From: Gemmatimonadota bacterium
GTDB taxonomy: Bacteria; Gemmatimonadota; Gemmatimonadetes; Longimicrobiales; RSA9
Reading direction: 5' to 3'
DNA length: 64,000 nt
Assembly (NCBI GenBank): GCA_040905425.1
Contig: JBBDRO010000050.1
Coordinates: forward strand, 56,877-120,876
Positions 61,453-64,000 of the stretch are shown here, piece by piece. Position 1 is the stretch's first letter. Each line of letters starts with the position of its first letter. Below the pieces are notes generated by a model. The model had not been told where the DNA came from, made no database searches, and saw only the letters and a program-made list of their open reading frames with translations. The translations under genes and the position numbers were made by a program.

Positions 61453-62704
61453 GCGACCCGGCTCGGCCACCCGCGCCGCCCGCGCCGCGCGCACCGCGCT
61501 CGTCCTGCTCGCCGCGGGCGCTGCCTTCACCGTGACACCCGCGCCGGCGGCAGGCCAGGGAGATCTCCAGGGCCAGCTGCGGGCCAGCCAGCTCCGGCTG
61601 GACTCCATTCGCGCCGAGGGCTCACGCCTGCAGGCGGAGCTCGGGCGGCTGCGCACCCGGGTGCGCGACGCCAACCGCGAACTCACCAACATCGCCGAGC
61701 AGCGGGCCGCCTCCACCGCGGCGCTGCAGGAGCTCACGCACCAGTCGGAACTGCTCCTGGAGAACATCCACTTCAACACCTCGGAGCTGGACCACACGAG
61801 CGAACGGCTACAGGCGCGCTCCGCGGCGCTGCAGCAGCGGCTGCGCGCCATCTACAAGCGGGGGCCGCTGCACCCCGTGCGCGTGCTGCTCTCCGCCAGC
61901 GACTTCGGTGACCTCTTCAACCGCTACCGGTACATGCGCGCCATTGCCCTGCACGAGCGGGCCATGGTGGCGGAGGTCGGCCGTCTACAGGCCACGCTCG
62001 CGGACCGCCAGGCCGAGCTGGAACAGTCGGCGGACCGGCTGGAGCAGGTGCGGGCGCAGGCGGCGGACGAGGTGCTGCGGCTGGAGCGCCTGGAGTCCCA
62101 GTGGGCCAGCACCGTACGGGACACGGAGCGCCAGCAGAGCAGCGCCGTCAGCCGCCTCCAGCAGCTCGAGCGGGACGAGCGGGAGCTGGGCACCCTCATT
62201 GCCACACTGGAACGGCGCCGGCAGGAGGAGGAGGCGCGCCGCGCGGGAGCGGGTGACGCGGCGCCGGCCGGGGCCCTCTCCACGCGCGACCGCGCCTCGC
62301 TGGCCTGGCCGGTGGAAGGCAATGTGCTCAGCCGCTTCGGCGCCCAGCGCAACCCGGACGGCATCGTGCTGCGCAACAACGGCATCGGCATTGCCGCCGC
62401 GGCCGGCACGCCGGTGCGCACCGTGGGCGCGGGCACCGTGGAGTACGCCCGCCGGCTGGAGGGCTGGGGCAACGCCGTCATCGTGGGCCACGGCGACGGC
62501 TACTTCACGGGCTACTTCCTGCTGCGCGAGATCCAGGTGGCGGAGGGGGACCGGGTGGCCGCCCGGCAGGTGGTCGGCACGGTGGGCGGCGAGGCCACCC
62601 AGCAGGGGCCGCACCTGGAATTCCGGGTCTGGGAGCCGTCCGCCGACGGGGGCATCCTGTACGTGGATCCGCTGAGCTGGCTGCAGCGCCGGGCCGGCGG
62701 GTGA
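61445..62704 (+). CDS. envC: EnvC-like murein hydrolase activator (coiled coil plus degenerate M23 domain)
   Basis: Long coiled coil; WPV.G...RFG, NNGIGI and YFTGYFLL lack the HxxxD/HxH zinc ligands; follows ftsEX. Start is 61436 or 61445. Confidence 0.8.
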   Translation: MYKRPGSATRAARAARTALVLLAAGAAFTVTPAPAAGQGDLQGQLRASQLRLDSIRAEGSRLQAELGRLRTRVRDANRELTNIAEQRAASTAALQELTHQSELLLENIHFNTSELDHTSERLQARSAALQQRLRAIYKRGPLHPVRVLLSASDFGDLFNRYRYMRAIALHERAMVAEVGRLQATLADRQAELEQSADRLEQVRAQAADEVLRLERLESQWASTVRDTERQQSSAVSRLQQLERDERELGTLIATLERRRQEEEARRAGAGDAAPAGALSTRDRASLAWPVEGNVLSRFGAQRNPDGIVLRNNGIGIAAAAGTPVRTVGAGTVEYARRLEGWGNAVIVGHGDGYFTGYFLLREIQVAEGDRVAARQVVGTVGGEATQQGPHLEFRVWEPSADGGILYVDPLSWLQRRAGG

Positions 62705-63852
62705 GCGGACTCCACCCGCTCGAGGGCCACGAGGAGGCCCGTGCCGCACTGGCACGCGCCGCCGATGCCGGCGCCCTGCCCGGCTCGCTCCTGGTGCACG
62801 GTCCCGCGGGCGTGGGCAAGCAGCGGCTGGCGCTCTGGCTGGCGCAGCGGCTCGTCTGCCTGGCACCGGCCGCCGACCCGTGCGGCACCTGCCGGCCCTG
62901 CCTCCTGGCGCTCCGCCTGGAGCACCCGGACATCCACTGGTTCTTTCCCCTGCCCCGACCCAAGCGCGGCGGCGGGCCGGAGAAGCTGGCCGAGGCGCTC
63001 GAAGACGCGCGCATGGCGGAGCTGGACGAGCGCCGCAACGCGCCCCTGCGGCCCGCCGCCGTGGGTGAGGCGGCCGGCTATTTCGTGGCGCATATGGCCG
63101 TGCTGCGCCGGCTGGCCGCCGCCCGGCCCGCCATGGGGCAGCGCAAGATCTTCATCCTGGGAGACGCCGAGGCGCTGGTGCCCCAGGAAGCCAGCCAGGA
63201 GGCGGCCAACGCCCTGCTGAAGCTGCTCGAGGAGCCACCGGCCGACACCACCATCATCCTCACCGCCACCGATCCCGACGCGCTGCTGCCCACCCTGCGC
63301 TCGCGGGTCCTGCCGGTACGTCTGCGGCCGCTCCCCGAGGCGCGCGTGGCGGATCTGCTGGTGGATGCCGCGGGTGTAGAGATCGCGGCCGCGCGACGGG
63401 CGGCCCGCCTGGGTGGGGGCACCATCGGCCAGGCCCTGGCCTTCCTTCCCCAGGGCGGCGAGACGGGCCCCCTGGAAGTCCTCCGGCTGCAGGCACGTGA
63501 GCTCCTCGAGGCGGCGCTGGACCCGGACGGCAGCCTGCGGCTCGGCGTGGCCCACGCGCAGGCACCGGCCGGCGCGCGCGGCGCCTTCCGGGACATGCTG
63601 GGCTTCCTCAGCCTGTGGATCCGCGATCTGGCCGCCACCGCGGCCGGCGCCGATGAGCAGGTGGTCAACGTGGACGCGGCGCCCTGGCTGGAAGCCACCG
63701 CGCGGCGGGCGCCCGCCGTCGTGGCCGGTGCCCCCGCCGCGCTGGAGGCCGTGGCACAGGTGGCGGATTTCACGCGCGTGAACATCAATCCGCAGCTCGC
63801 GCTGGCCTGGTTGCTTCGGGAAGTCCGCACCGCCCTGATGCCTGTCCCGTAA
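62701..63852 (+). CDS. holB: DNA polymerase III subunit delta'
   Basis: GPAGVGK, C...PCGTCRPC, HPDIH, ANALLKLLEEPP, LLPTLRSR. Confidence 0.9.
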   Translation: MSGLHPLEGHEEARAALARAADAGALPGSLLVHGPAGVGKQRLALWLAQRLVCLAPAADPCGTCRPCLLALRLEHPDIHWFFPLPRPKRGGGPEKLAEALEDARMAELDERRNAPLRPAAVGEAAGYFVAHMAVLRRLAAARPAMGQRKIFILGDAEALVPQEASQEAANALLKLLEEPPADTTIILTATDPDALLPTLRSRVLPVRLRPLPEARVADLLVDAAGVEIAAARRAARLGGGTIGQALAFLPQGGETGPLEVLRLQARELLEAALDPDGSLRLGVAHAQAPAGARGAFRDMLGFLSLWIRDLAATAAGADEQVVNVDAAPWLEATARRAPAVVAGAPAALEAVAQVADFTRVNINPQLALAWLLREVRTALMPVP

Positions 63853-64000
63853 AGCCATGTCCCTGCCCCGCTTGCGGCACCACTCTGGAACCGGTCGGCG
63901 GCGCGGTGCTACCTTTGTGCAGGCCCGCGGGCAATCGGTCCTCCGCGGCCCTGGCATGTACGGACAAGGAGCTTGACGCTGGGCGGGAACACGGCGGGAC

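Noticed and set aside
61445..62704. Active M23 peptidase
   Set aside because: The zinc-binding HxxxD and the first His of HxH are missing, consistent with a non-catalytic EnvC.

Overview
A very GC-rich bacterial chromosome segment made up mostly of core and housekeeping genes. The gene types (orphan TonB-plug/carboxypeptidase-like proteins, a beta-propeller lipoprotein, futalosine-type menaquinone genes, ypdA) suggest Gemmatimonadota, but that is inference only. In order, it holds: purD-mutM-Cho/UvrC-like nuclease; two secreted proteins; a minus-strand ubiD-ubiA-ubiX-metallophosphoesterase operon; a 16.5 kb alpha-glucan/trehalose operon (glgE, treS-maltokinase, malQ, glgB, treZ, GH57/DUF3536, treY); ubiE/menG; a five-gene ECF sigma/anti-sigma envelope operon; DUF62, Mrp, NifU, P5C dehydrogenase, ypdA and a Cys/Met lyase; a lepA-ROK-PfkB-(STAS/GHKL ATPase)-(STAS/wHTH) operon; an M28 peptidase; a glycosyltransferase; and DUF58-BatA-mfd-PPIase-surA-pdxA-ftsE-ftsX-envC-holB. 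I saw no rRNA, tRNA, CRISPR array, transposase, integrase or phage genes. The best candidate for an undescribed system is the STAS-GHKL kinase plus STAS-wHTH partner-switch pair behind two sugar kinases, joined to them by a chain of two stop/start-overlapping mini-ORFs. Other leads are twin SigW-type promoters flanking the ECF sigma gene, a GH57 standing where treX would be, and an AT-rich 28-bp palindrome with a hairpin upstream of lepA. All calls come from motif recognition by eye; no database searches were run.
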